Part shown: one piece after another, positions 1 through 7,776 of the stretch | How positions within the stretch are numbered: position 1 is the stretch's first letter | How the letters are laid out: every line of letters begins with the position of its first letter | Assembly (NCBI GenBank): GCA_043797265.1 | Contig: JAZDPV010000018.1 | Span: forward strand, 27,082 to 91,081 | Source of the DNA: an archaeon | Lineage (GTDB): Archaea > Nanobdellota > Nanobdellia > Pacearchaeales > GW2011-AR1 | Direction: 5' to 3' | Length of the DNA stretch: 64,000 nt | Translations under genes and position numbers: made by a program | The notes under the pieces: model-generated | The model's input: the letters and a program-made list of their open reading frames with translations, nothing else | Database searches by the model: none | Told to the model about the DNA's origin: nothing

Positions 1-62
1 CGCCGCCAGGAAAGAAAGTTGGGATGATTAGACCGAGAAGGACGGGGAGGAAGAAGAGATGA
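1..62 (+). CDS. rpl2: 50S ribosomal protein L2, C-terminal fragment (runs off window)
   Basis: Frame from nt 3 reads PPGKKVGMIRPRRTGRKKR*, the conserved uL2 C-terminus; lies upstream of S19. Confidence 0.9.
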   Translation, partial: PPGKKVGMIRPRRTGRKKR

Positions 63-169
63 AATCTTTGATTTCATCAGTTCGCTTCGCTGGAAGTTGG
101 AAGTTCGCTTCGCTGGAAGTGGGGCTTCGCCCGACCTGGATTATATTTGGCTTGGAGGGATTTAGCTAA
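59..169 (+). other. Bridging mini-ORF (36 aa) / hairpin-repeat insert between rpl2 and rps19
   Basis: ATG 59 overlaps L2 TGA; MKSLISSVRFAGSWKFASLEVGLRPTWIIFGLEGFS*; TAA ends 1 nt before S19 ATG; hairpin 58-78; 23-bp-period repeat. Confidence 0.6.
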
Positions 170-170
170 G

Positions 171-563
171 ATGGCGGAATTAATTAAGAGGAGCAAGGAT
201 AGGTTTTATCGAGGGAAGAAAGTCGCGGATTTGAAGGATGTTGATATTCGGGAATTTGCGAAATTGACGAAGGCGAGAGCGAGACGGGCGTTGTTGAGAA
301 ATTATGATATTGTCGAGGCGCTTGTGAAAAGATGGGAGAGATATAATGTGAAGAAGAAACCGATAAGGACGCATAATCGGGAAATTGTAATTGTGCCGAA
401 GATGATTGGATGGACTATTGGAGTTTATAATGGGAAGGAATTTTTGAAAGTTGTTATTAGTGAGGAGATGTTGGGGCATCGGCTGGGAGAGTTTGCGATG
501 ACGAGGAAGGTTGCTAAACATACAAGCATTGGAGCGAAGAAGGCGCCGAAGGAAAATGGATAA
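171..563 (+). CDS. rps19: 30S ribosomal protein S19
   Basis: IRTHNRE, VYNGKEF, MLGHRLGEFA motifs; ATG 171 after GGAGGG. Confidence 0.95.
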   Translation: MAELIKRSKDRFYRGKKVADLKDVDIREFAKLTKARARRALLRNYDIVEALVKRWERYNVKKKPIRTHNREIVIVPKMIGWTIGVYNGKEFLKVVISEEMLGHRLGEFAMTRKVAKHTSIGAKKAPKENG

Positions 564-1068
564 AGAAAAAACTGGCGAGATTGAAAAAGAAGTTGTTTCC
601 GAAGAGAAGAAAGAAGAGAAGAAAGATGTGAAGAAAGAAGTCGTGAGGGGGAAAGTTGTGAAGAAAAATATGGCATTCGCGAGAGGGGCTGGGTTGAATG
701 TTTCGCCGAAGCAATGTATTTGCATTTGCAAAGTTATTCGGGGGAAGAATCCGGATGTTGCTGTTGCGCGGCTGCAGGATGTTATCGACGGGAAAGGGGT
801 TATCCCGATGGCTGGGCTGGAAGTCGGGCATAGAAAAGGCAAGGGGCTGGCGGGCGGGAGATTTCCGAAAAATGCGTGCAATGCTGTTATAAATATTGTG
901 AAGCAGGTTGCGGCGAATGCTGTCGTTGCCGGAATTGAGAATCCGGTGATTGCTGTTGCCAAGGCTGATAGGGCATCGGCTCCGTTCAGGCGTGGAGGGC
1001 GAAGAGCGAAGAGATGTAATCTTTATTTAGAAGTGAGAGATAAAACTAAATTGGCGGGGAAGAAATAG
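556..1068 (+). CDS. rpl22: 50S ribosomal protein L22
   Basis: VSPKQ..ICKVIRGK, GRFPKNA motifs; operon position. Confidence 0.93.
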   Translation: MDKEKTGEIEKEVVSEEKKEEKKDVKKEVVRGKVVKKNMAFARGAGLNVSPKQCICICKVIRGKNPDVAVARLQDVIDGKGVIPMAGLEVGHRKGKGLAGGRFPKNACNAVINIVKQVAANAVVAGIENPVIAVAKADRASAPFRRGGRRAKRCNLYLEVRDKTKLAGKK

Positions 1069-1766
1069 TGGAAGAAAAAGCGTTTGTTGGAGTGCGAAGG
1101 GATGAGTATAATATTCGGGAATTTGTAAAGCGGATGTTTGGGATGGGGAAAGTTTCGCGAGTGAGGATTGAGTATACTCCGGTTGGCGAAAAGGTTGTCG
1201 TGGCGACGCATAGACCTGGTTGGATTATCGGGAAGGGCGGGGAAAAAATTAATGAGTTGACCGAAATTTTGAAGAAGCGGTTTAAGATGGAGAACCCGCA
1301 TGTTGATATCGAGGAGATTATGAAGCCCGAGTTTGATGCTCAACTGGTTGCCGACGACATTGCTTTGACGCTCGAGAGATTTGGGGCGCAAAAATATAAG
1401 GCGTCGAGTTATCGGGCTTTGGATAGAATTAAGAAAGCGGGGGCTTGGGGGGCTGAGTTGAGATTGTCAGGGAAACTGCCGAGCGACAGGGCGCGGAGTT
1501 GGAGATTCGCGTTTGGTTATTTGAAGAAAACTGGCGACGCTGCGAGTGTTGTTGATAGGGCTGAATCTGTTGCTGTTACAAAGCAGGGCGTTGTCGGGAT
1601 TAAGGTTGCGATTTTGGCTCCGGGGGTTAAGGTTTATGACCAGATTGTAATTGACGAGGATTTTATGAATCAGATTAAGAAAAACGCGACATTTGAGGAA
1701 GTTGAGGAGACGGTTAAGAAAAAGAAAAGAAGTGTGAAGAAAAAAATTAAGGAGGGTAGGAAATGA
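1068..1766 (+). CDS. rps3: 30S ribosomal protein S3
   Basis: KH domain RPGWIIGKGG; GAELRLSGKL; GVVGIKV. Confidence 0.95.
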   Translation: MEEKAFVGVRRDEYNIREFVKRMFGMGKVSRVRIEYTPVGEKVVVATHRPGWIIGKGGEKINELTEILKKRFKMENPHVDIEEIMKPEFDAQLVADDIALTLERFGAQKYKASSYRALDRIKKAGAWGAELRLSGKLPSDRARSWRFAFGYLKKTGDAASVVDRAESVAVTKQGVVGIKVAILAPGVKVYDQIVIDEDFMNQIKKNATFEEVEETVKKKKRSVKKKIKEGRK

Positions 1767-1957
1767 TGGCGGAGAAGAAAATGACGGTTAAGGAAATAGA
1801 TAAGAAGATTATGGACTTGAAGATTGAGTTGCTGCGGAATCCGACGAAAAAGGGAAAGATTAAAAGGGAAATTGCGCGGCTTCTTACCATGGGGAACCGA
1901 GAGAACAGAGAATTAAAAATGAAGACTTTAACTAAACTGGAGGATGCGAAGAAGTAA
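1763..1957 (+). CDS. rpl29: 50S ribosomal protein L29
   Basis: KIKREIARLLT motif; follows S3. Confidence 0.85.
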   Translation: MMAEKKMTVKEIDKKIMDLKIELLRNPTKKGKIKREIARLLTMGNRENRELKMKTLTKLEDAKK

Positions 1958-2256
1958 TGGATATTTGTCCGAAGTGTGGACTGCCTTTGGCGGCGTGTGT
2001 CTGCGGCGAGATTGCCAAGACGCAACAACAAATTGTTGTGAAGACCGAAAAAAGGCGTTTCGGAAAAGTTAATACGATTATAACCGGATTTGATAATGGC
2101 GTCGACGTTAAGGATCTCGCGAAGCGGCTCAAAATGAAGCGGGCTTGCGGTGGCACGACGAAAAACAATGTTATCGAATTACAGGGAAATCACAAAGGTC
2201 ACATTAAACCGATTTTGGTTGAAATAGGATTTAGTGAAAATCAGATTGACGATTAG
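1957..2256 (+). CDS. sui1: Translation initiation factor SUI1/aIF1
   Basis: CPKCGLP..CVC, RRFGK, ACGGT, IELQGNH. Confidence 0.93.
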   Translation: MDICPKCGLPLAACVCGEIAKTQQQIVVKTEKRRFGKVNTIITGFDNGVDVKDLAKRLKMKRACGGTTKNNVIELQGNHKGHIKPILVEIGFSENQIDD

Positions 2257-2285
2257 CGCGTTTGCGTGAGGTGATAGAGAATAGA

Positions 2286-2633
2286 ATGGCAGAGAAAAAG
2301 GTAAGGAAGAAAATAGAAATAAAGGTCGAATGTAAAGATAGACTTTGTCCTCGGCATGGGGATAGGAAGTTGAAATTGAGGGGGCGGGTTTTTGAGGGGG
2401 TTGTGATTAGAAAATTTCCGAGGAGAGTCACGATTGAGTTTGAGAGGATGTTGAAGTTGCCGAAGTACGAGAGATATGAGAAAAGGAAAACCAAGATTCA
2501 CGCGAGATTGCCGGATTGCATGAAGGATGAAGTTGCCGTTGGTGATTTGATTTTGATTGCGGAGACGCGACCAATTTCGAAGATGATTCATTTTGTTGTT
2601 TCGAAAGTTGTTCGGAAGGGGGCGGGGGAATGA
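2286..2633 (+). CDS. rps17: 30S ribosomal protein S17
   Basis: CPRHG, LRGRVFEGVV, KYERYEKR, ETRPISK; start may be GTG 2271. Confidence 0.95.
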   Translation: MAEKKVRKKIEIKVECKDRLCPRHGDRKLKLRGRVFEGVVIRKFPRRVTIEFERMLKLPKYERYEKRKTKIHARLPDCMKDEVAVGDLILIAETRPISKMIHFVVSKVVRKGAGE

Positions 2634-2707
2634 GATATGCTTTGATAGAAAAAGGGCTTCGCCAAATTTTATTTAATGTTTTGGAGGTAGAAAATGAAGG
2701 CGATTAG
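2630..2707 (+). other. Bridging mini-ORF (25 aa) after rps17
   Basis: ATGA overlap with S17 stop; MRYALIEKGLRQILFNVLEVENEGD*; stop overlaps ATG 2694; contains GGC-TTC-GCC hairpin. Confidence 0.55.
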
Positions 2708-2900
2708 TGCGCATCATGAGTATAAGGTGGGACTTAATTCTGGTAATTGGTATGGGGTTAGAGAGAGCGGGTTGCCGAGTGATAGAGAAGTTATTGGGGA
2801 TTTAGAGGATGATAATAGTGTTTTTGCCTGTGGTCTTTTTGGCATTGGTACATCTAAAATAAAAAAACCTAAAGCGAGGAATGAAAATGAAGGCGATTAG
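2694..2900 (+). CDS. 68-aa orphan ORF inserted at the rpl14 start, bounded by a 20-bp direct repeat
   Basis: GAAAATGAAGGCGATTAGTG at 2690-2709 and 2883-2902; GGAGGT RBS; begins MKAIS like L14. Confidence 0.6.
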   Translation: MKAISAHHEYKVGLNSGNWYGVRESGLPSDREVIGDLEDDNSVFACGLFGIGTSKIKKPKARNENEGD

Positions 2901-3288
2901 TGGGCGGGTGACGAGGGGGTTGAATATTGGGAGTTTGGTTGATGCGTGTGATAATAGCGGGGCGCGGATTGTAAAAATTGTGGCGGTGAAACACGGGAAG
3001 ACGTCGAAGGGACGGCAGGGTTATGCGAAGGTTGCGGATTGGGTGAAGGTTTCGGTGAGAAAGGGAGACCCGAAGATGAAGGGCGAGGTTTTTGATGCGG
3101 TGGTTGTTCGGCAGAGAAAATCGTGGCGAAGAAACACGGGCGAGAGAGTTTGCTTTTCGGATAATGCGGTTGCGTTGTTCAAGGACGAGAAGGGAAATCC
3201 GAAGGGGACGCAGATTAAGGGTGCGGTCGCGAGGGAAGTTCAGGAAAGATGGAAAGAAGTCGCTAAAATTGCGGGGAGTGTTTATTGA
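2887..3288 (+). CDS. rpl14: 50S ribosomal protein L14
   Basis: DNSGAR, AVVVRQRK, FSDNAVAL, KGTQIKGAVARE. Confidence 0.96.
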   Translation: MKAISGRVTRGLNIGSLVDACDNSGARIVKIVAVKHGKTSKGRQGYAKVADWVKVSVRKGDPKMKGEVFDAVVVRQRKSWRRNTGERVCFSDNAVALFKDEKGNPKGTQIKGAVAREVQERWKEVAKIAGSVY

Positions 3289-3431
3289 TGGGAAAATTAA
3301 AAATTTTCCCATGGGGATACGAGAAACTTTGTTTCTCGAGGGGATATGGCTTCGCCATGGAGATAGACGCTTCGCGTCGGGTGATTGCGCTTCGCGCGGG
3401 TGAATGGAGGAAAGATGAAGTCGAAATTTAA
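3288..3431 (+). other. Bridging mini-ORF (47 aa) with five triloop hairpins between rpl14 and rpl24
   Basis: TGATG overlap; open to TAA 3429-3431 inside L24 5' end; hairpins 3288-3312, 3320-3338, 3346-3358, 3366-3378, 3387-3397. Confidence 0.6.
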
Positions 3432-3936
3432 TAAATCGTGGAATGCGAGTGTGAAGCCAAGGAAACAGAGGAAGTTTTTGGTGAATGCGCCGAATCACAT
3501 TAGGCGAAAGTTGATGGGAGCGACGCTGGATAAGAGATTGAGGGCGAAGCATGGGGTGAGGAGTATTGAAGTTCGGAAGGGCGATGAGGTCAAGGTTATG
3601 AGAGGGAAGTTTGCGAAGAAGCAAGGGAAAGTTGGGGGGGTTGATGTTAAGAATTGCCGGATTCAGATTGATGGATTACAAAGAGAGAAAAAGGGTGGAG
3701 AGAAAGTTATGACGTGGTTCCATCCGTCGAGTGTGAAGATTGTTGTTTTGGATGATAGTGATAAAAGACGGTTTAAACGGAAAGGTTTGGAATCTGGGAA
3801 AGTAAAATTAAGAGAGGGGAAAAATGGCTCACGGATGAACACGGATGAGCACGGATTAAAGAATAAGGAAAATAGAAAAGTTGATAGAATCGTTAAGGGG
3901 AAAATAGATAAAATGGAAAAGGAGATTAAGAAATAA
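3415..3936 (+). CDS. rpl24: 50S ribosomal protein L24 with repeat-derived C-terminal extension
   Basis: [24 protein letters not shown]; extension of roughly 50 aa contains CACGGATGAR repeats. Confidence 0.93.
   Translation: MKSKFNKSWNASVKPRKQRKFLVNAPNHIRRKLMGATLDKRLRAKHGVRSIEVRKGDEVKVMRGKFAKKQGKVGGVDVKNCRIQIDGLQREKKGGEKVMTWFHPSSVKIVVLDDSDKRRFKRKGLESGKVKLREGKNGSRMNTDEHGLKNKENRKVDRIVKGKIDKMEKEIKK
3830..3859 (+). repeat. 3 x 10-bp tandem repeat CACGGATGAA-like
   Basis: CACGGATGAA/CACGGATGAG/CACGGATTAA preceded by AATGGCT; second copy at 5166-5195. Confidence 0.8.
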
Positions 3937-4595
3937 TGGCGCATATAAAGAAAACTGAAATGCCGACGCTGTGGCCGATTTCGAGAAGAGGGAAGAGAAA
4001 GAGATTTATCGCTGTTCCTGCTCACGCGACTTCGAAGGGAATTAGTTTGTTGTTTTTACTTAGAGATGTTTTGAGAGTTGTTGAGACGAGGAAAGAAGCG
4101 AGATATATGACGCTGAATGGGATGGTCAAAGTTAATAATGTTGTTCGGAAGGATGAGAATTTTCCGGTTCAGGTGTTCGATGTGTTAGGGTTAGAGAAGG
4201 GTGGATTGAATTATAGATTAGAGATTGTTAATGGAAAGTTTAGGTTGAATGAAATATCCGAGAAAGAGGCTGGGGAAAAAATTGTGAAGATTTCCGGGAA
4301 AAAGGTTTTGGGCAAGGATAAGATTCAGATGAATTTGGATGATGGGCAGAATGTTTTGAGCGGGGAGAAATTTTCCGTCGGTGATTCGGTTTTGTTTAAT
4401 ACGAAAGAGAAAAAAGTTGTGAAAATTTTGCCGTTAAAGAAGGGGGCAAAAGTTGAAATTGTTTTGGGAAAGCACGCGGGGGACAAGGGCGAGTTGGTTG
4501 GGTTTGAAGATTTGGCCCGCGGGCGGAATTATGAAATTAAATTGGGGGACAAGATTGTGAGATTGCCTTACAAAACTATCTTGGTGATTGGATGA
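3936..4595 (+). CDS. rps4e: 30S ribosomal protein S4e
   Basis: HIKK..MP..WPISR, LLRDVL, FPVQVFDV, GKHAG. Confidence 0.95.
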   Translation: MAHIKKTEMPTLWPISRRGKRKRFIAVPAHATSKGISLLFLLRDVLRVVETRKEARYMTLNGMVKVNNVVRKDENFPVQVFDVLGLEKGGLNYRLEIVNGKFRLNEISEKEAGEKIVKISGKKVLGKDKIQMNLDDGQNVLSGEKFSVGDSVLFNTKEKKVVKILPLKKGAKVEIVLGKHAGDKGELVGFEDLARGRNYEIKLGDKIVRLPYKTILVIG

Positions 4596-4618
4596 TGGGG
4601 GTAGACGATAGATGGTAG
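4592..4618 (+). other. Bridging mini-ORF (8 aa) made of 7-bp repeats
   Basis: ATGA overlap with S4e stop; MMGVDDRW*; TAG overlaps L5 ATG 4612; TAGACGA-TAGATGG-TAGATGG units. Confidence 0.45.
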
Positions 4619-5154
4619 ATGGTAATAATGTGATGAGAGAAATAAAACTGGAGAAGGTTATTTTGAATATCGGGGGCGTCGAGGATAAATTGAATAGAGG
4701 GGCGATTTTGCTGGAGAAAATTTCGGGGAAGAAAGTGGTGAAGGTCAAGGCGACAAAGAGGATTCCGAGCTGGAATGTTCGGCCGGGACTTGAGGTTGGT
4801 GTCAAGGTTACGTTGAGGGGCGACGACGCGCTGGAGATGGTGAAGAAGTTGTTGCCGGCGATTGATAATATTTTGAAGGAGAAGCAGATTCAGGATAATT
4901 GTTTTTCGTTCGGGATTCATGAGTATATCGAGATTCCGGGAGCTGAGTATATTCGGGAAGTTGGGATTATGGGGTTCGAGGTGACGGTTGTTTTTAGCCG
5001 GGCGGGAAAGAGTGTCGAGCAGAAAAAAATTAAGCGAGGCAAGATGCGAAGGTCGGTTGTGACGAGGAAGGAAATTGAGGATTATGTTGTAGATAAATTT
5101 GGGACGGAAATTTTGCGGAAGGAAAAGAAGTTGGAGGGGGAAGATGAGGAATAG
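4612..5154 (+). CDS. rpl5: 50S ribosomal protein L5
   Basis: MREIKLEKVILNIG, GVKVTLRG, FSFGIHEYIEIPG. Confidence 0.96.
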   Translation: MVDGNNVMREIKLEKVILNIGGVEDKLNRGAILLEKISGKKVVKVKATKRIPSWNVRPGLEVGVKVTLRGDDALEMVKKLLPAIDNILKEKQIQDNCFSFGIHEYIEIPGAEYIREVGIMGFEVTVVFSRAGKSVEQKKIKRGKMRRSVVTRKEIEDYVVDKFGTEILRKEKKLEGEDEE

Positions 5155-5236
5155 AAATAATGGCTCACTAATGAACACGAATGAACACAGATTTAAATTA
5201 AATAGGGAAGTTGGGGGAGGATATGACGTCGAGTGA
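5144..5236 (+). other. Bridging mini-ORF (30 aa) with 10-bp repeats between rpl5 and rps14
   Basis: ATG 5144 after GGAGGGGG; MRNRNNGSLMNTNEHRFKLNREVGGGYDVE*; stop overlaps S14 start. Confidence 0.55.
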
Positions 5237-5453
5237 TTGGAGGAAGATAACGAAGCAGTTGAGGGGGAAGCCGGCGGTGTTGAAAAAGTTTTTGAAACAT
5301 AATAAACCGAAGGCGAGGAAATTTGGCGTCGCTGTTAATAAATGCGAGGTTTGCGGGCGGACCGGGGCTCATATATCAAGTTATAATCTAAATTTGTGCC
5401 GACATTGTTTCAGGGAATTGGCGGTTGAATTGGGGTTTAAGAAATACTCATGA
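5223..5453 (+). CDS. rps14: 30S ribosomal protein S14 (zinc-binding)
   Basis: CEVCGR...LNLCRHCFRE..GFKKY. Confidence 0.95.
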   Translation: MTSSDWRKITKQLRGKPAVLKKFLKHNKPKARKFGVAVNKCEVCGRTGAHISSYNLNLCRHCFRELAVELGFKKYS

Positions 5454-5503
5454 GAAGGAAAATAGATAATAGAAAATTGGAAATAGGAGGAAATTTCAGA
5501 TGA
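5450..5503 (+). other. Bridging mini-ORF (17 aa) with 7-bp repeats between rps14 and rps8
   Basis: ATGA overlaps at both ends; MRRKIDNRKLEIGGNFR*; AAATAGA/TAATAGA/AAATTGG/AAATAGG units. Confidence 0.6.
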
Positions 5504-5871
5504 GTCATGATGTTGTTGCGGACGGGTTGAATCAGATAATGAACGCGAAAGCGGTGGAGAAGGGTGAGGTTGTGATTAGACGGGGTTCGAAAGTTTTGGT
5601 TAAATTATTTAAGATGATGAAAGAGTTGGGGCATATTGATTATAAGATTGAGGACGGGGATATTATTGTCAGGATTTTGAAGTTAAATGAATGCCGGGCG
5701 GTGAAGCCGAGATATTTTGTCGGGGTTGATGGGATTGACAGGTACCTTAGGAGATTTTTGCCGTCGAGAAATTTCGGAACTTTAGTTATTTCTACGAACA
5801 AGGGATTGATAACGCACAAGGAAGCTTTGAAATTAAATATTGGGGGAAGCGTTGTTGCTTATTTTTACTGA
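5500..5871 (+). CDS. rps8: 30S ribosomal protein S8
   Basis: DVVADGL..IMNA, AVKPRY, LVISTNKGL.TH, GGSVVAYFY. Confidence 0.95.
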   Translation: MSHDVVADGLNQIMNAKAVEKGEVVIRRGSKVLVKLFKMMKELGHIDYKIEDGDIIVRILKLNECRAVKPRYFVGVDGIDRYLRRFLPSRNFGTLVISTNKGLITHKEALKLNIGGSVVAYFY

Positions 5872-6452
5872 TGAATAAAGATTTGATGAGAGAGATTGAA
5901 ATTCCGACGGGGGTTGAAGTTTGTGTTAACGGGAATGAGGTTGTTGTGAGAGGGAGCGGAAAGGAGTTGAGAAAAAGTTTTGATAAAGGGAAGGTTGTGA
6001 TTGAAGTCAAGGACGGGAAAATTGTTTTGAGTGTTTCGGGGGCGAGTCGTCGGGAATCGAAGATGATTGGAACGATTTGGGCGCATTTGAAAAATATGAT
6101 TAAGGGAGTTGGCGAAAATTTTGTTTATGAGCTGGAGATTTGCAATATTCATTTTCCGATGAACGTTTCCGTTGTTGAAACAACGGAAAAGGGTACAGGC
6201 ATCAGGAATCAGAATTCAGGCAAGGTTGTGATTAAAAGTTTTTTGGGGAGAGTGAAGGAGAGAGTTGCGCGGATTATGCCGGGGGTGAGTGTTGAAGTGA
6301 AAGGGAATAAGATTGTCGTTAGTTCAGGAGACATTGAGGCGGCAGGACAGACCGCGGCGAATTTAGAGAAAGCGACGAGGCTGGTTGGTCGGGATAGGAG
6401 AGTTTTTCAGGATGGAATTTACATAACTAAAAAACCTTATAGGAATATTTAA
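5871..6452 (+). CDS. rpl6: 50S ribosomal protein L6
   Basis: HFPMNV, FLG, AGQTAANLE, DRRVFQDGIYI. Confidence 0.96.
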   Translation: MNKDLMREIEIPTGVEVCVNGNEVVVRGSGKELRKSFDKGKVVIEVKDGKIVLSVSGASRRESKMIGTIWAHLKNMIKGVGENFVYELEICNIHFPMNVSVVETTEKGTGIRNQNSGKVVIKSFLGRVKERVARIMPGVSVEVKGNKIVVSSGDIEAAGQTAANLEKATRLVGRDRRVFQDGIYITKKPYRNI

Positions 6453-6453
6453 G

Positions 6454-6804
6454 ATGGAAAGAAAGAAGCCGAAATTTTTGAGGAAGGACTGGCACAAGGA
6501 AATTAAACTCGGGAGGACGGTGAAGAAATTGCGGAAGTGGCGGGCGGCGAAGGGGAGACATAACAAGATTAGATTGAGTAGGAGAGGACAGTCGCGGAGG
6601 CCGAAGATTGGATGGTCATTAGGGGGCAGTAGGAAGGGAGTTGGTGGTAAGTATGTTTTGAATTTGAAGGATTTATCGTCGGTAAAAAAAGGTGAGGGAA
6701 TTTTGATTGGGGCCGTTGGGGGGAAGAAGAGAAAGGAAATTGTTGCGAAGGCGAATGATATGGCTGTTAAGATTTTGAATAAATATAAGGTGGTGAAAAA
6801 ATGA
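6454..6804 (+). CDS. rpl32e: 50S ribosomal protein L32e
   Basis: KPKFLR, KWR..KG.HNKIR, VGGKKR. Confidence 0.92.
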   Translation: MERKKPKFLRKDWHKEIKLGRTVKKLRKWRAAKGRHNKIRLSRRGQSRRPKIGWSLGGSRKGVGGKYVLNLKDLSSVKKGEGILIGAVGGKKRKEIVAKANDMAVKILNKYKVVKK

Positions 6805-7205
6805 ATTTGGCTAAGCGAAAAGAGTTGGCGGCGAAAGTTTTTGGGGTCGGGAAAGGCCGGATTATTTTTGTGAAAGATAATTTACCTGAAATTAAAGAGG
6901 CGATTACGCGGATGGATATTATTGATTTGCATAAATCGGGAGCAATTAAAATTAGAGAGATTAGGGGACGGAAGAAAATTGTGAGAAGGCGACATAGAAG
7001 AAGAGTTGGAAAAGTTAAAGGGAAGGTTAGTGATAAGAAGGCGGAGTATGTGATAATCACGAGGAAGTTGCGGAAGTTTGTGAGAGGATTGGTGAGGGCG
7101 GGAAAAATTAAGAGAGAGAGAAGCGGGGAAATTCGGAAAGAGATTCGAGCGCGGAAGTTCAAGAGCAAAAGACATCTTAAAGAAATTTTGGAGGAAGGGG
7201 AATGA
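6801..7205 (+). CDS. rpl19e: 50S ribosomal protein L19e
   Basis: LAAKVFGVGKGRI, IKEAITR.DI, FKSKRHL. Confidence 0.93.
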   Translation: MNLAKRKELAAKVFGVGKGRIIFVKDNLPEIKEAITRMDIIDLHKSGAIKIREIRGRKKIVRRRHRRRVGKVKGKVSDKKAEYVIITRKLRKFVRGLVRAGKIKRERSGEIRKEIRARKFKSKRHLKEILEEGE

Positions 7206-7279
7206 AAGTTTTGGCGGGGCTTTGCCCGAGGTTGTTTGGCGGCGGAAGGAATTTAAATGATGGTTTGAGGGGATTGTGA
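7202..7279 (+). other. Bridging mini-ORF (25 aa) between rpl19e and rpl18
   Basis: ATGA at 5' end, TGATG at 3' end; MKVLAGLCPRLFGGGRNLNDGLRGL*; GGGC-TTT-GCCC hairpin. Confidence 0.6.
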
Positions 7280-7776
7280 TGGCAGGATTAAGGACGATGA
7301 AGCGAAGGAGAAAGGAAGGGCGGACGGATTACAAGTTGAGACTGGGGCTGTTGAAGAGCGGGTTGCCGAGGATTGTGATTAGAAGGACGAACAAATATTT
7401 TATCGTGCAGGCGGTCGAGAGTGTTGAGGCACAGGACGGGGTTGTCGCGACTATTAGTTCGAAGGAGTTGTTGAAATATGATTGGGATGAGAAGAAGGGC
7501 GGGAGTTTGAAATCTATTCCGGCTGGATACCTCACGGGTTTTTTATTCGCCAAGAAACTGAAAAATAAAAACAAGTATATTGTTGATTTAGGGATGGCCC
7601 GGACCGAGAAAGGATGCAGGGTGTTTGCCGTCGTCAAGGGGTTGATTGATGGTGGCGTGAACATTGATGTTGATGAAAAAGTTTTTCCGTCTGGGGAAAG
7701 ATTGGCGGGTGAGCATTTGGAAGACGGGATTAAAGAAATGATTGTAAAAGTTCGGGAGAAATTGAGGAATGGCTAA
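7279..7776 (+). CDS. rpl18: 50S ribosomal protein L18
   Basis: RRRKEGRTDY..RL.LLKS..PR.VIRRTNK; GEHL. Confidence 0.95.
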   Translation: MAGLRTMKRRRKEGRTDYKLRLGLLKSGLPRIVIRRTNKYFIVQAVESVEAQDGVVATISSKELLKYDWDEKKGGSLKSIPAGYLTGFLFAKKLKNKNKYIVDLGMARTEKGCRVFAVVKGLIDGGVNIDVDEKVFPSGERLAGEHLEDGIKEMIVKVREKLRNG

